64,000 bases of DNA from assembly GCF_964355755.1 (NCBI RefSeq), contig NC_092672.1:30138437-30202436 (forward strand), read 5' to 3'. A program made the translations under genes and the position numbers. This stretch comes from Antedon mediterranea. Lineage: Eukaryota; Animalia; Echinodermata. Shown here one piece after another: positions 39,074 to 50,989 of the stretch (position 1 is its first letter; the number at the start of each line of letters is the position of its first letter). Below the pieces are notes generated by a model that had not been told where the DNA came from, made no database searches, and worked only from the letters and a program-made list of their open reading frames with translations.

Positions 39074-40156
39074 AGTGATGAATGTTTCTGTGTGGACAAT
39101 TGTATAGCTATGTCAGGTGTCCAATAAACAAAACTTTAGTCAATCAATGAATTTAAAAACAGACTTAATTGTAATTGATAGAACACAATTTGTCTGGACG
39201 CGAATAGTCAATAATGTAAATTGGGATTTTCGGAAATGTTCGAGAGTACCTCTAGCCATTACCACCACAGTCCATCTGGTTTATACACACCGGTTGTTGG
39301 ATTGAAAGCATTGGCAACTTTAGCCCCATCATTGTTGGAGAATCCTTCAAACGAATTTATTCCCTCTTTAACTTCATATCTCACGATCGTTTATAACACA
39401 CATAAATCGTGTATCATATAAATGTCATTTTTGATCATTATTATTATTTGAATGAACTTATTTTTCAGAAATAAATATTATAGTCCTATGAATGTTTGTT
39501 TTGAAAGTGAGAAAATGTACTATCGTCGTTGTATCGTCTAAACAGGCCTTACATAAAATGCAAACGATATGAATCTAATTGGATATGCAAAAACTATATT
39601 TGAATCATTCATTGTCTTTACAATAAACATTGGCATGCTGGTAGTTATCAATTAATAATGATTATGTTTGTTTTATTCATAACGTCGTCAAAGTGGATAA
39701 ATAAAAGATCATATCCCGTATATTCACTAAATCACGGGAAAGACACACACAAACTAATTAAAAAAAATTCTCCTATAAGTGACTTCCACTTAAAGGAAAT
39801 TAGGGTCTATCATTAAATATTTAATCAAAAGATAATATATCAAAGTGTAATTGGTGATTACAGCCGGGCCTTATGCATGTCAGTATGTACCGTATAGGCC
39901 TACTACTGTATTAACTAACGTGCCCGTCGTTTACACGTTTACATCATGTAGCATCGCTAGTATCGTTGGTCCTATTTTGTTCAAATAATACTATTGGCTA
40001 AAACATACACCCATGGAAGACAAGTCATGCAACTAACATAACAAATATCGCTTGTATGATCAGTTTTTACCCCCAAAAGTAGCCTATATCTATCAACAAT
40101 CAAAATATGGTTTGGTAGGTCTACATTGGTCGGTGGCCTACTTGATCTTTGATATA

Positions 40157-40323
40157 AGCTCTGTCAACACTACCGTATCATACTAGTTAATGACAAAAAA
40201 AGTGTTATGTACCCAAATATGGTAGTGATATGCCCAAATATGGTAGAAAACATCATGTCCATATTTCCGGGCATATCACATTTATTTTTTTGTAACATAA
40301 AGTTTAATAGTGTGGACAGAGCT
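40157..40323. mobile_element. MITE family B copy carrying a TA-to-TACCGTA insertion at 40171-40177
   Basis: The consensus TIR segment ACACTATCA reads ACACTACCGTATCA in this copy. Confidence 0.75.
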
Positions 40324-40817
40324 TTATACTGTACATTAATTTTGCGTATGGCAAATTGTAAGAGATTTTGCAGAGACTAAATTAATAAAATAATAATCTA
40401 AAATAATAATACTGTTTAATATACTTTTTAATAAATGTTATGACACTTTACCGTATTTTAATGACTTTAAAAGCTAGTGGCGAATTCTTTGAGAAATCAG
40501 TATAGGCCTCCTCACTCCGATATGTTTAAAATCAAGAAATACCCGTACCGGTAGAACTCGTCGAGTAGGCTTAGTCTACTTACTGTAGGCCTACTTAATA
40601 CGACTCAGTATAGCTAGCCTACTTTCACCTAAATTACCAACATTTAAGCACACTTTTGATTGGTAAATTATAAATATTAAAACATTTACAGTGAAAGTTT
40701 AAATTGTATAATACTGTAAAAGTTATAAAACTATAAAGTAATAAATATATATGTTGATGATGATGGCTCCTTTTCTTCCGTCTTTCTTGTTAGTCAAAGT
40801 CGGAGCATGGCGTCCAG

Positions 40818-41762
40818 TTACTTTGGATGACATCGCAGAAGACCAACTTCGTAACTCTTCACCTCCCTTTTTTTCATCAGCATAAAATTCATCCTAATGA
40901 ATTTCTGTGGTCTAGACTGGAAGAGGTTTTTCAGAATAGAACTTATTATTTGATCTTGTCCAGTGAAATTATACGAGAAACAAACAGCATCGGTAAACTC
41001 ACTCACTGAATAAAAACCAGCTTCCCCTGCGAGCTCTTTGAAAAATGCAATGTTTCGGTCCTTCCCGTCTCGGTTGTCTGCGTAAAATAAGTACGAGCCA
41101 GGCATAGCACACATTAATAAAGTTTTGATTGCCATTCGACTCTCCGGTAATGCACGTACCGCGGATATGAATTTAATAAACGTAAACATATGTGCATTAA
41201 CGGCAGCTGAAATATGCATGTTTTTTATTCCTTCTTTAACTTCATATCTCACGAAGTTTATAGCACACCTGTCTCGAATTTGCCGCTTGATTTTCCCCCA
41301 CATACCACACCACTGAGGATAGTGATCAAGCACCGAAGCACTAATTGGATAACGAACGTTGAACTTCTCCAACATCATGGTCAAACCAATAATGTCTGTT
41401 CCAGGACCTCCGCCTATTGAGCACACATTAAGAGCACGAGTTTTACTTGCTAGGCTCAATAATGAGTTAAGATGCACATTTCCAAAAAGGCTGTGGTTGA
41501 ACAACACGCTAAGCCCGTAGCTTGTAGCTTGACAATGGTTCGGAAAGTAAAGGAACATGTAGGCTGCCTGGTTTAAGGCATCATCGTACGCGACATGTCC
41601 GCCTACAGTTGAAAGTGTCTTGCCGCTGTACGCATCGTGTACTTTATCCACTGCTTGTCGAAGAGAATTCTTTTTTGACCATAACTGTGGATTTTCCATT
41701 AAAGTTGTAAATACAGCATGTTCTGAAATCGCATGAATAGACTGAAATAAATAGAGCTCCAT
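40818..41762 (-). CDS. Intronless uncharacterised SAM-dependent methyltransferase-like protein (paralog A), 314 aa
   Basis: Uninterrupted ATG-initiated ORF. Glycine-rich motif I LNVCSIGGGPGTD, acidic motif II VLDHYPQW, then FTFIKFISAV and PGSYLFYADN. Close paralog 3.6 kb away. Confidence 0.8.
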   Translation of the reverse strand: MELYLFQSIHAISEHAVFTTLMENPQLWSKKNSLRQAVDKVHDAYSGKTLSTVGGHVAYDDALNQAAYMFLYFPNHCQATSYGLSVLFNHSLFGNVHLNSLLSLASKTRALNVCSIGGGPGTDIIGLTMMLEKFNVRYPISASVLDHYPQWCGMWGKIKRQIRDRCAINFVRYEVKEGIKNMHISAAVNAHMFTFIKFISAVRALPESRMAIKTLLMCAMPGSYLFYADNRDGKDRNIAFFKELAGEAGFYSVSEFTDAVCFSYNFTGQDQIISSILKNLFQSRPQKFIRMNFMLMKKREVKSYEVGLLRCHPK

Positions 41763-41842
41763 CGTGTTATTGAGCGAGCTTACTGTAAGGTTAGGGCCTG
41801 GAAATATGGATTGTTTACGAGGCGTACGGTAATGTGATAAGT

Positions 41843-41927
41843 GTTTATATCAATGACGTCACAGTTGGATTACAACTACATGGATATGGGTTTTCCCAGT
41901 TTCGCAATAAACTAACGATGACGTAAT
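41843..41927 (-). promoter_or_regulatory. Putative promoter of paralog A: TATA, CRE, NF-kB-like and C/EBP-like sites
   Basis: TATAAA on the minus strand at 41844-41849, TGACGTCA 41854-41861, GGGTTTTCCC 41888-41897, TTTCGCAAT 41900-41908, ATGACGTAAT 41918-41927. The kB-C/EBP-TGACGT part is conserved upstream of paralog B. Confidence 0.55.
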
Positions 41928-42577
41928 GATTGCGGTTGTTTAATATCCCAATATGTCCACTTGATTAGTGGATACAAACTCAATTTTCAGCAGTTTATTA
42001 GTGAATGAAGAAATGACTGCTATTTTATACATCTAGGTTTATTAGGCCTCAATCACAATAATGTTTGTATGTTTTAATCCTAAAGCCTGTTTTCACGTCA
42101 CAAAAAGTAAATGAAAATATTAATAATTTGCCAATTGCAAAATAGGAATAAAGATAATAATTTCACGACCCTGGACAATTTTTGTTTTCAGATTTTGGTT
42201 GTTGAATATCACCATTTTGATGTTCTATAAAAGTTACTCACTTTGACCAAAAATTGGATCGAACAAAAATATTATTTACTTGAAAACAATTTAATTGAAG
42301 GCAATTGGTTGGTTGACTTTAACCGTTTTGTTTAGTCTTTTTATAAGTGAAAATATGTTTTTCTATGGGAAGTGGTAAACTCGATTAAAACTACAAAATG
42401 GCCTTTATATTCAGAGTCTTTTTTTAATTAATATTCATTTTTTCATGCTTTGATCCCACTAGCACGTGACGACGCAATGCAAGTAATGTGACTTATCAGA
42501 ACGTGATGATTACATTATTTGCGTTGCGTGTAGGCCTACGTAATTGCGCTGCGCTTTATGTATGTGCGTTGCACTTA

Positions 42578-42734
42578 AGCTTGGTTCCCACTAGGACGCA
42601 ACGCAAGGACGTAGACGCAACGCAAACTAGTTGACCAATGACAAGCGACAGTCGAATAAATCCATCGCCTGTGATTGGTCAAATCCCTTACGTTGCGTTT
42701 CGTCGTTGTTTTGCGTCTCTAGTGGGAACCAAGC
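42578..42734. mobile_element. MITE family A copy
   Basis: AGCTTGGTTCCCACTAG ... CTAGTGGGAACCAAGC terminal inverted repeats. Confidence 0.7.
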
Positions 42735-42884
42735 ATTACGTACTTACGATGCGTCCTAGTGGTAACCAAGAACTTAGGTCTACTTGTGTCGATAAACTAT
42801 TATGTGACATTAAAATGGCATATTCAACAAAACATGTTTTAAGAATTATTGTATGAAAGGGAAAACTAGGCCTAATTTCTCTAA

Positions 42885-43460
42885 TACCCTTTTCACACCA
42901 AAAGCAAAACTCCGGAGACACTCCGGAGACACCCCGGAGTTGACGTCCCGCTGTTTGGTGTGAAAGGTAAAATCAAGCAACTCCGGAGTTTAAAACTGCG
43001 GGGTTGAACAGCTGAACATTCCCCGGAGAGAGCGAACTGCGGGGACACCCCGGTGTTTTGGTGTGAAAGGTACCAACATCAAACTCCGGAGTGTTTCGGG
43101 TCAAAAGGTCATCCTCACACGATCACTCATTGCTTTAGTTTTATTTCAAAATACTTTAAATATTTGTACAACATATATAGCGGGTTCAAAAATAATAAGT
43201 AGTATCATAAAACATTATATTACTTCTGAGACTTTTGAAAGTAATTATTAAATTAAACATATTATTAATTAAAATGATTCTAATGATCGTCGCTATGTAA
43301 ACAAACAAAATAGAGGGCGACATTTACAATTTTATTTTATAAACCCCGGAGTTGCTAGGTTGGTGTGACAGGGGTATCTCCGGAGTTTCTCGACGTTTTG
43401 AATGGTCATAAACCCCGGGGTGTCTCAACGTTTTGGTTTGGTTTTGGTGTGAAAGGGGTA
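42885..43460. mobile_element. Harbinger-like MITE (TIR TACCCYTTTCACACCAAAA)
   Basis: TAA|TACCCTTTTCACACCAAAA ... TTTTGGTGTGAAAGGGGTA|TTA, with internal CTCCGGAG repeats. Confidence 0.7.
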
Positions 43461-45405
43461 TTATAGACCGCCTCCTCCTCCTTAATTAAATATTAAAAGG
43501 TTCATGAATAAAAGTATTAAAAAACAACATATAAAACAACAAATATTTTAAAATAGTTAAAACCGTTTAAAACTATTTTTTTCGAAAATATTTTTACACA
43601 TAATAAGTACTGTGTGTGAAATTACGACATTAATATATTTAATTCAAAAGTTGCAGACTAATTATTGTACTCTATCTTCTAGGCCTACCTATATAAATGT
43701 TTTTTCGTCATTTAATAATGCTGACACATGCTTAATTATTAATGATTAATTAATTAACTGTATTCTTTCACGGAAACATGATATAAAGTATCATAAAGCT
43801 ATGTCTACACTATCAAACTAGTTTGAAAAAGTGTGATGTGCCCAAATGGTAGTGATATACCCAAACATAGTAGTGATATGACATCATCATGTCCATGGGC
43901 ACATCACATTTTTTGTTGTCACACATGAAGTTAAGTTTGATAGGGTAGACAGGTATATCATGCGTGATGATACAAGCCTACTCTAAAATAATACTAATTG
44001 TTTTTCGTTGTCTACCATTGAATTGGCGTAACCATCAAGAAAGACAAGGCATGCAATATCATAACATGTATATCGTATTCTATGTTGGTCTCAACTGCCC
44101 ATTGCCCATAAAATATTTCTATAATGTTTTATTGCCAACATCATATTTTTTTATTGGTCAAATAACCATGTATTGGCCAGTAAATGTTTGATATAAAAAT
44201 ATATATTCTCACAGATGTTCTCATCGTTAGGCTTATCGTTTCAAATTAATTATTAAATGTTCGGTATATCACCGGGCGGTTGTTTAGAATTTATGTTCTG
44301 TGCCTATGTGTTTATATACCTGAGTATGATAATGTATAAATGGTATAAAAAGAATCAAACAGAGGCTAAACTCACATCTATTCTAAGGCCTCAGCGGTAT
44401 AGGCCTACTGATAAAAGGTTATATATTTTAAATACAGAAGAACCCTGTTAAGTGGGACATCTTCGGGACCCACAGTAAAGTGTACAATTTTAAGGGCCCG
44501 AGTGGTTGACCATGCAATAATTCCCCTCCCTTGTTTCACGGGAACGTGTAAGGGTTGTCGGTCCCAAAAAGAAGGGTTCTACTGTAAAATGATTAGGGCT
44601 ATCCGAATACATATTAAAATATAATACATCATAATAGTTTACATCATTTCCCCCCTCGTTTCACAGGAAATTGTCCCATTAATAGGGCTCTCCCAAATAT
44701 CCGAATAACTAAAAATACAATTTCTCATATTTACATTTGGCATCAAATGAACGTATAAAATGAAAATTTGATTTTTTTTTTATGATTCAGAAGTTGTAGG
44801 CCTAAATTCATAATGATCTACCCATTTATCATGACATTTGAAGCTATGGTAATTAGCTAAAGTAATTATCTGGGGGAATTTACTTCAGGTTTCCAAGATA
44901 TATATAGGCCTATTATACCCTTGATATGATAATATCTATTTTCAAACGAGAAACATAATCAAAATTACTGTTTTTTGTTTTGTCTTAAAATGTAGGCTCA
45001 GAGCCAATTTTCTGGTGGTTTATTGGGTATACAGTAGGCCTGCTTCGAGTCGTAGTTAGAACTGTCAATTTCGAAAACAGTTCATTTCTGAATGAAAAGA
45101 TATCAAGCCTATTTCTGTTTTCTTAGTTTTCAAGAACAAAAACAACTTGTTAGTCAGCATGGAAAAATGGTTTAGGCCTATACTGTAATAATTATAAAAA
45201 TTATTTTTAAAAGTGTCAAAAAATCCGGATTCATGGTGGCTACGATCCTTTTACTTTCAGCTCCAGTAGGCAACCGTAGGCCTACACAACGGCGTTTCAT
45301 AATCTGTGTTTAATTTCGATGGTCGTTTCCGTTGGGAAGATTTGCATTTTTTGGTGAAAAAAATTAAAATAGACAAAGATCACATACATAGACCACAACG
45401 TAATT

Positions 45406-46396
45406 TCAGGCTAATAAAGCAGCATTGTTTGAGCTTTTTTTCTTTCCTTTCTCCCGGCGGCCCCTCCGCCGCCGTCGGGCAACTGGCGCCGCCACTGTTG
45501 TTTCCACTCTCTTTTTCATCAGCATAAAATTCATTTTAATGACTTTCTGTGATCTGGACTGGAAGAGGTTTTTCAGAATAGAATGAATCATTTGATCTTG
45601 CACAGTAAAATTATGCGAGAAAGAAACAGCATCGGTAAACTCGCTCACAGAATAAAAACCAGCTTCGCCTGCAACCGCTTTGAAGAATGCGATAGTTTGC
45701 CCGCCGTCTCGATTGTCTGCGTAAAATAGGTACGTACCAGGCATTGCCCAAGTTAATAAAGTTTTGATTGCCATTCGACTCTCCGGTAATGCGCGGACCG
45801 CAGATATAAATTTAATAAACGTAAAGATATGTGCATTAACAATAGCTGAAATATGTTTCCTTTCTATGTCGTCTTTCACTTCATATTTCACGAAGTTTAC
45901 AGCGCACTTGGCATAAATGTGCTGTTTGATTTTCCCCCACATACCACACCACTGAGGATAGTGATCGAGAACCGAAGCACTAATTGGATAACGAACGTTG
46001 AACCTCTCCAACATCATGGTCAAACCAATAATGTCTGTTCCAGGACCTCCGCCTATTGAGCACACATTAAGTGCACGAGTTTTATTTGCTAGGCTCAATA
46101 ATGAGTCAAGATGCACATTTCCAAAAAGGCTTTGGTTGAACAACACGCTAAGCCCGTAGTTTGTAGCTTGGCAATGATTCGGAAAGTAGAGATACATGTA
46201 GGCTGCCTGGTTTAAAACATCATCGTATGCGAGATGTCCGCCTACGGTTGAAAGTGATTTTCCACTGTACGCATTGTGTACTCTATCCACTGCTTGTCGA
46301 AGACTATTTCTTTTTTGACCATAACTGTGCGTTTTCTATTAAGATAGTATAGACAACTTGTTCTGAAATCGCATGAATAGATAAATGGATCCCCAT
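45406..46396 (-). pseudogene. SAM-methyltransferase-like paralog B with a +1 frameshift near 46307 (pseudogene or sequence error)
   Basis: ATG at 46396 gives MGIHLSIHAISEQVV..QLWSKK, which aligns with the N-terminus of paralog A. The sequence AAG AAA TAG TCT (paralog A: AAG AAT TCT CTT) carries one extra base. The remaining 294 codons (46290-45406) are open and highly similar to paralog A. Confidence 0.75.
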
Positions 46397-46479
46397 CGTG
46401 TTTTTTTTAAGAGAGCTGCTGCTGCCGACATTGACAGCGGAGTGTCGGATGCACAAGGGACATAGAGAATTGTAAATGT

Positions 46480-46542
46480 GATTACAACATAATGGATTTG
46501 GGTTTTTCCCAATTTCGCAATATGACGTAGACAATGACGTAG
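46480..46542 (-). promoter_or_regulatory. Conserved upstream module of paralog B: NF-kB-like, C/EBP-like and two TGACGT sites
   Basis: GATTACAAC at 46480, GGGTTTTTCCC 46500-46510, TTTCGCAAT 46513-46521, ATGACGTAG at 46522 and 46534. Same order and the same 2-bp kB-to-C/EBP spacing as paralog A. Confidence 0.55.
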
Positions 46543-47447
46543 ATGAGTTGCAGCAGTTTTCTAATGTCATATCCTTTATTTTGATTCTTCGCTTTGTGAT
46601 TGTGGTAAAGATTGGTTCCCACTTGGGCACAAAGGACGTCAACGCAACACAAGTAATTGACCAATCACGACGCGATGGACCATCCGAACTGTTGCTTTGA
46701 TTATCGCAACACAAAGTGAGTTGACTAATCAAAACCGACAATTTGGATCGTGTCGTGATTGGTCAAGTTTGCGTTGTATTCAGGCGAGAACCAAGTTTTG
46801 CGATGCGCTGTGCTTCTTATTACGCTGCGTCCTATTAAGGCTATCTAACAAACAGGTTATTGAGCTCAGATCAAAGGGTTTATCTGTGACTGCGACACGA
46901 TCAGTTCCATGCCCTTAAGAGAAACCGCGCGCCACTGAGAATATGCACATTAGACCTATATTACTGTTGGTATTTGTTGCAGCCAGACATTAAGATCAAA
47001 AGGACTGTTACGAGTTCCTATTGGCAAGGCGAGCTCAGTGTCCTGTTGTTGCTTTGGCCTTATTAGTAACCAAGAAGAGTGACTCAAACAACGTTCCACC
47101 GGCTGAATATTTCATTCCAGAATCAATTGTTCTATACGAACACTGTAGGCGTAACCACAGATTAAATAATTATAAATATGGCATAACTTACAATTACATT
47201 ACCGCACGTATAATATTAATAATATTTTCTTTATTTCTGGAAACGTAATTAATTGGGGGAAAAAACAATAAAGTAGGCTTAGAACCTGTCAAAAACCATA
47301 ACCTACCTACCGCCCTCTTGTGGCAGACTAACCCCAAAAAAGTATAAAGTATAATTATATTATATTCAGAGTCAGAGCGTCATTCTGACGATGGAGCGTT
47401 GTCTACTTCTTCCTTTTATGCCTTTATTTACTACCGAAATATAAATA

Positions 47448-47897
47448 CCGTAAATTTTCTAATACTATAGTAACCCACATTCTAATAGTAAAAGCTCCCT
47501 TCTAATAGTAACCCACCTTATAAGTCAATCTATAATAATAATCCACTACTCTAATAGTAACCCATGGGGGTTACTATTAGAGTCACAACAACGTATGATG
47601 ATGTAGCCGTATTTTGAAAATAAGTAGATAATGCATGTTGATCTCTGGAGTGGGGGAGGATTGAGTGTTTTTGAGTTTATAAAAGTTAGAGTTGTTCAAC
47701 CAAATTTATTTTTTCGTACTGTTTTATTATTTTGCTAACCAGAAACGTTAGGGTGGGTTACTATTTTCAGGTTCCTAATTTAAGATTGTAATAGTAACCC
47801 ACTACTCTAATAGTAACCCCCCTTCAAATAGTAACCCCCACCCCCTAAAAAACAATCAAAGAATAATAACCCAGGGCTACAATTAGAAGATTTACGG
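47448..47897. mobile_element. Tc1/mariner-superfamily (pogo/Tc2-like) MITE with TA target duplication
   Basis: TA|CCGTAAATTTTCTAAT ... ATTAGAAGATTTACGG|TA, with internal TCTAATAGTAACCC repeats. Confidence 0.7.
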
Positions 47898-47912
47898 TAG
47901 TACTACGGTAAC

Positions 47913-48955
47913 TGCTCCAGTGGACCAAATTTAGCACCAGTGGAGCACAGTGATATAAAATAGAAATAAGTCACTAATTTTAATATATTTTCTTATGTTA
48001 ATACACTGTGCTCAAGTGGACCCAATTTGGCACCAGGGGAGCACAGTGATACAAAATAGAAATAAGTCACTGAATGTTAATATCTTTTCGTATGTTAATA
48101 CACTGTGCTAAAGTGGACTCAATTTGGCGCCAGTGGAGCACAGTGATATAAAAATAGAAATAAGTCACTGAATGTTAATATCTTTTCGTATGTACGTTAA
48201 TACACAGCTGTGCTCAAATGGACCCAACGTGGAGCCAGTGGAAGACACTGATGTAAAATAGAAGCAAGTTACTGAATTTTAATATATTTTTGTATGTACT
48301 GTGCTCAAGTGGACTCAATATGGCGCCAGGGGATCGGAGCACAATGATACCGTATAAAATAGAAACAAGTCACTGAATTGTAATATCTTTTCGTATGTTA
48401 ATACACTGTGCTCAAGTGGAACCAATTTGGCACCAGGGGAGCACAGTGATATAAAATAGTGTAGCAGACCTACCACATAGCTTTTAAACAATTCAACATT
48501 TACTTTTAATTTGATTATTTATACATCCTCTATATATCTCTTTATTTAACCTCACATTGACAGGTTACCTTCACTTTTCTAGCTAATGCCAATATTACCA
48601 TGCACTGACCACATTATTAACACACTCTTTTCTCAACCAGCATCTTAGCTACACCGTTTATTGCATTGTCTTATCAAATATTGTATATTGTATATTTTAT
48701 CTATTTATTGAGAATCCTCACTTGATTCACTTGGAATAAATTGCATAGTTTACTGTCTACATTTAGTAGTTGTTTTATTTCACCGTTGCGCCGACAATTA
48801 CTAAAATAGAAAACAAGTCACTGAATTTTAATATCTTTTCGTACACTGTGCTTACGTGGAACCAATTTGGCGCCAGTGAGCATCAAAGTGATATAAAATC
48901 GAAAAAGTCACTAAATTTTAATATCTTTTCGTATGTTAATACACTGTGCTCAAGT
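47913..48955 (+). repeat. ~97-bp minisatellite with an internal CACTGTGCTC/GAGCACAGTG inverted repeat, interrupted at 48460-48801
   Basis: About 7 tandem units. GAGCAC recurs at 47943, 48039 and 48136. Confidence 0.85.
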
Positions 48956-50989
48956 AGCCAATGAATGTGAAATGGCGTCGCCCAGTTTGACCTTTTAACC
49001 CTGTACTTCCGATACTGTGTTTTGAATGCAAATTGAAGAACAGGAGATTCTTGTGTTATAAGTTCTTTGATATTAATTTATTATATACAAAAAATGCTAG
49101 ATTACCAAGACATTTTTCATTCCATTGCGATTAACAATATATTAAACTTTATAAAAACTTCACTGTCAATACAAGAATATGTGTTGTAATTTATGTGGTC
49201 TTAATGTATTGTATTACATAGCCTATGTAAATACGTGAACGTGATTGGTTGAAACTGCATCACATGACTACCGCTGCGAGGTATATATCCTCGAGTACGA
49301 TGATATTGACTGAGTAATTTTCCCGTAATTATCGTGTCCCTGTCATTAAACATATAAAACCAGCAAATTCTCGAGTACGATGATATTGACTGTGTAATTT
49401 TCGTGTGGCAACACCCGCGCTTGGCGATAAATAAACAAAAGTCATCTACTGGGCTTTGAACTCGCGATGAAATTGTCACTCCATCACAAGAACTTGCTTG
49501 AAGAAATTAATCAACTTAACTATTTAAACTATGCATATATAGCGGCCTAATTTGTTATTAGTCATCCCTAGATGTGATGAAAGACCGTTTGTGATTGGTT
49601 AATACTCACAGTACTGCCCTGATTATCTCAATTTTTTTCAAAATTGAGATTTTTGTCTTACATGACTTTTGAGGGTATAATCTATAATTTAAACTTAACT
49701 TAACTTAGCTACTAAAAATATTTTCTATAAATATTAAAAATATTAAAAAAATTAAAATCAGTTTGGGCATTATCTTTATTCATACCTACAAAAAATTCAG
49801 CAGAAAGCATTATCTCCGAAAAACAAAACACAACAGGAAATGATCGCTTGACTGCACACTGCAGCAGTAACAATTATCCAATCAGAGGTCGACTTGATGC
49901 ATGCTAATTAGCATGCTCAAACTATGTTTGTAGATGTTAACTAGTAAAATAAATTGAATACTTTTAATCAAAATATTGTATTTGACAACACTAAAACAAA
50001 ATAAATTTATGCGGATACCAAGCTAAAATGGAAGAACGACTGCAAAGGACATTTTCAAGAGTCTATTGAATGAGTAGGACTAAATTTAATACTTTTTATT
50101 ACTTATGACTTCGTTATTATCCTTGAAAATGTAAAAAAAGTCCAATGGTCATTTGTAGTGTTTTCTAATTGATATTTAAATCAATGTCAAGCAACTTTGT
50201 TGTAAAACAATGGCATTGGGAAATTTGTATTTTAGTCTATTGAATTACATGTTGATTGAATAGAGCTTTTTAGTGTGACTGTAAGTAAGCGTAGTCATTA
50301 CATTGAATTCCATTACATTGATTATTCCTTTACATTGATTTATTCTATTACATATTAATATATTTGCATAATATTAATAAATTTGTACTTTTTATAGACA
50401 ACAAAATGTCTCATACCGACTTTTACACATACCAAAACGTTATGATGTTAAAGAAGTACTATTTAAAAAGATTGAAACAAAATTATACTGGAAATGTGAA
50501 TATATGGATACCAGTTATATGTCTAGAGAGTTTTTTTTAAAGAAAAACAGGAATTCCACAAATTAAAAAAGACAACATAACAAAGAAATTGATTCCACAA
50601 AGAGAAAACTTTTGGAAAAATCTACCAACTTCAAACGTACGCAATCTGTTAGAAAACGCATAAATATATCAAATACAAAACTTGTAAATATAATGCATAA
50701 AGCAATAATCTGTATCAAGATAGAAAATGCAATAAATTACTGTACATCACGTTTTTATAAATGGTTGTTCTTCTCATCAAATTTCATGAAATCCTTCGAA
50801 AACGAATATATTTCCCTTAAGCCCGGCGCACACTAGAGCTTTCGGCTGAGCCAACTGGCACGAGTAACACTTGACTCACAGTGTGCGCCGGGGAATTCGT
50901 GAGGAATTGGCCACGCGTGCCACTGAGGCAAATATTTATCGTGTTTTACGGTGGCCCACAACTGTCACGCACACTATATAAATCATATT

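Noticed and set aside
40818-41762. Bacterial contamination as the explanation for the intronless ORFs
   Set aside because: The ORFs are embedded among the same MITE families and footprint motifs as the flanking intron-containing animal genes.
46397-46741. N-terminal part of ORF 46304-46741 as coding sequence
   Set aside because: It runs through a MITE and the promoter module. Only the last ~30 codons, from the ATG at 46396, align with paralog A.
47913-48955. Regularly spaced palindromic repeats resembling a CRISPR array
   Set aside because: The intervening sequences are copies of each other rather than unique spacers, there are no cas genes, and the context is eukaryotic. It is a minisatellite.
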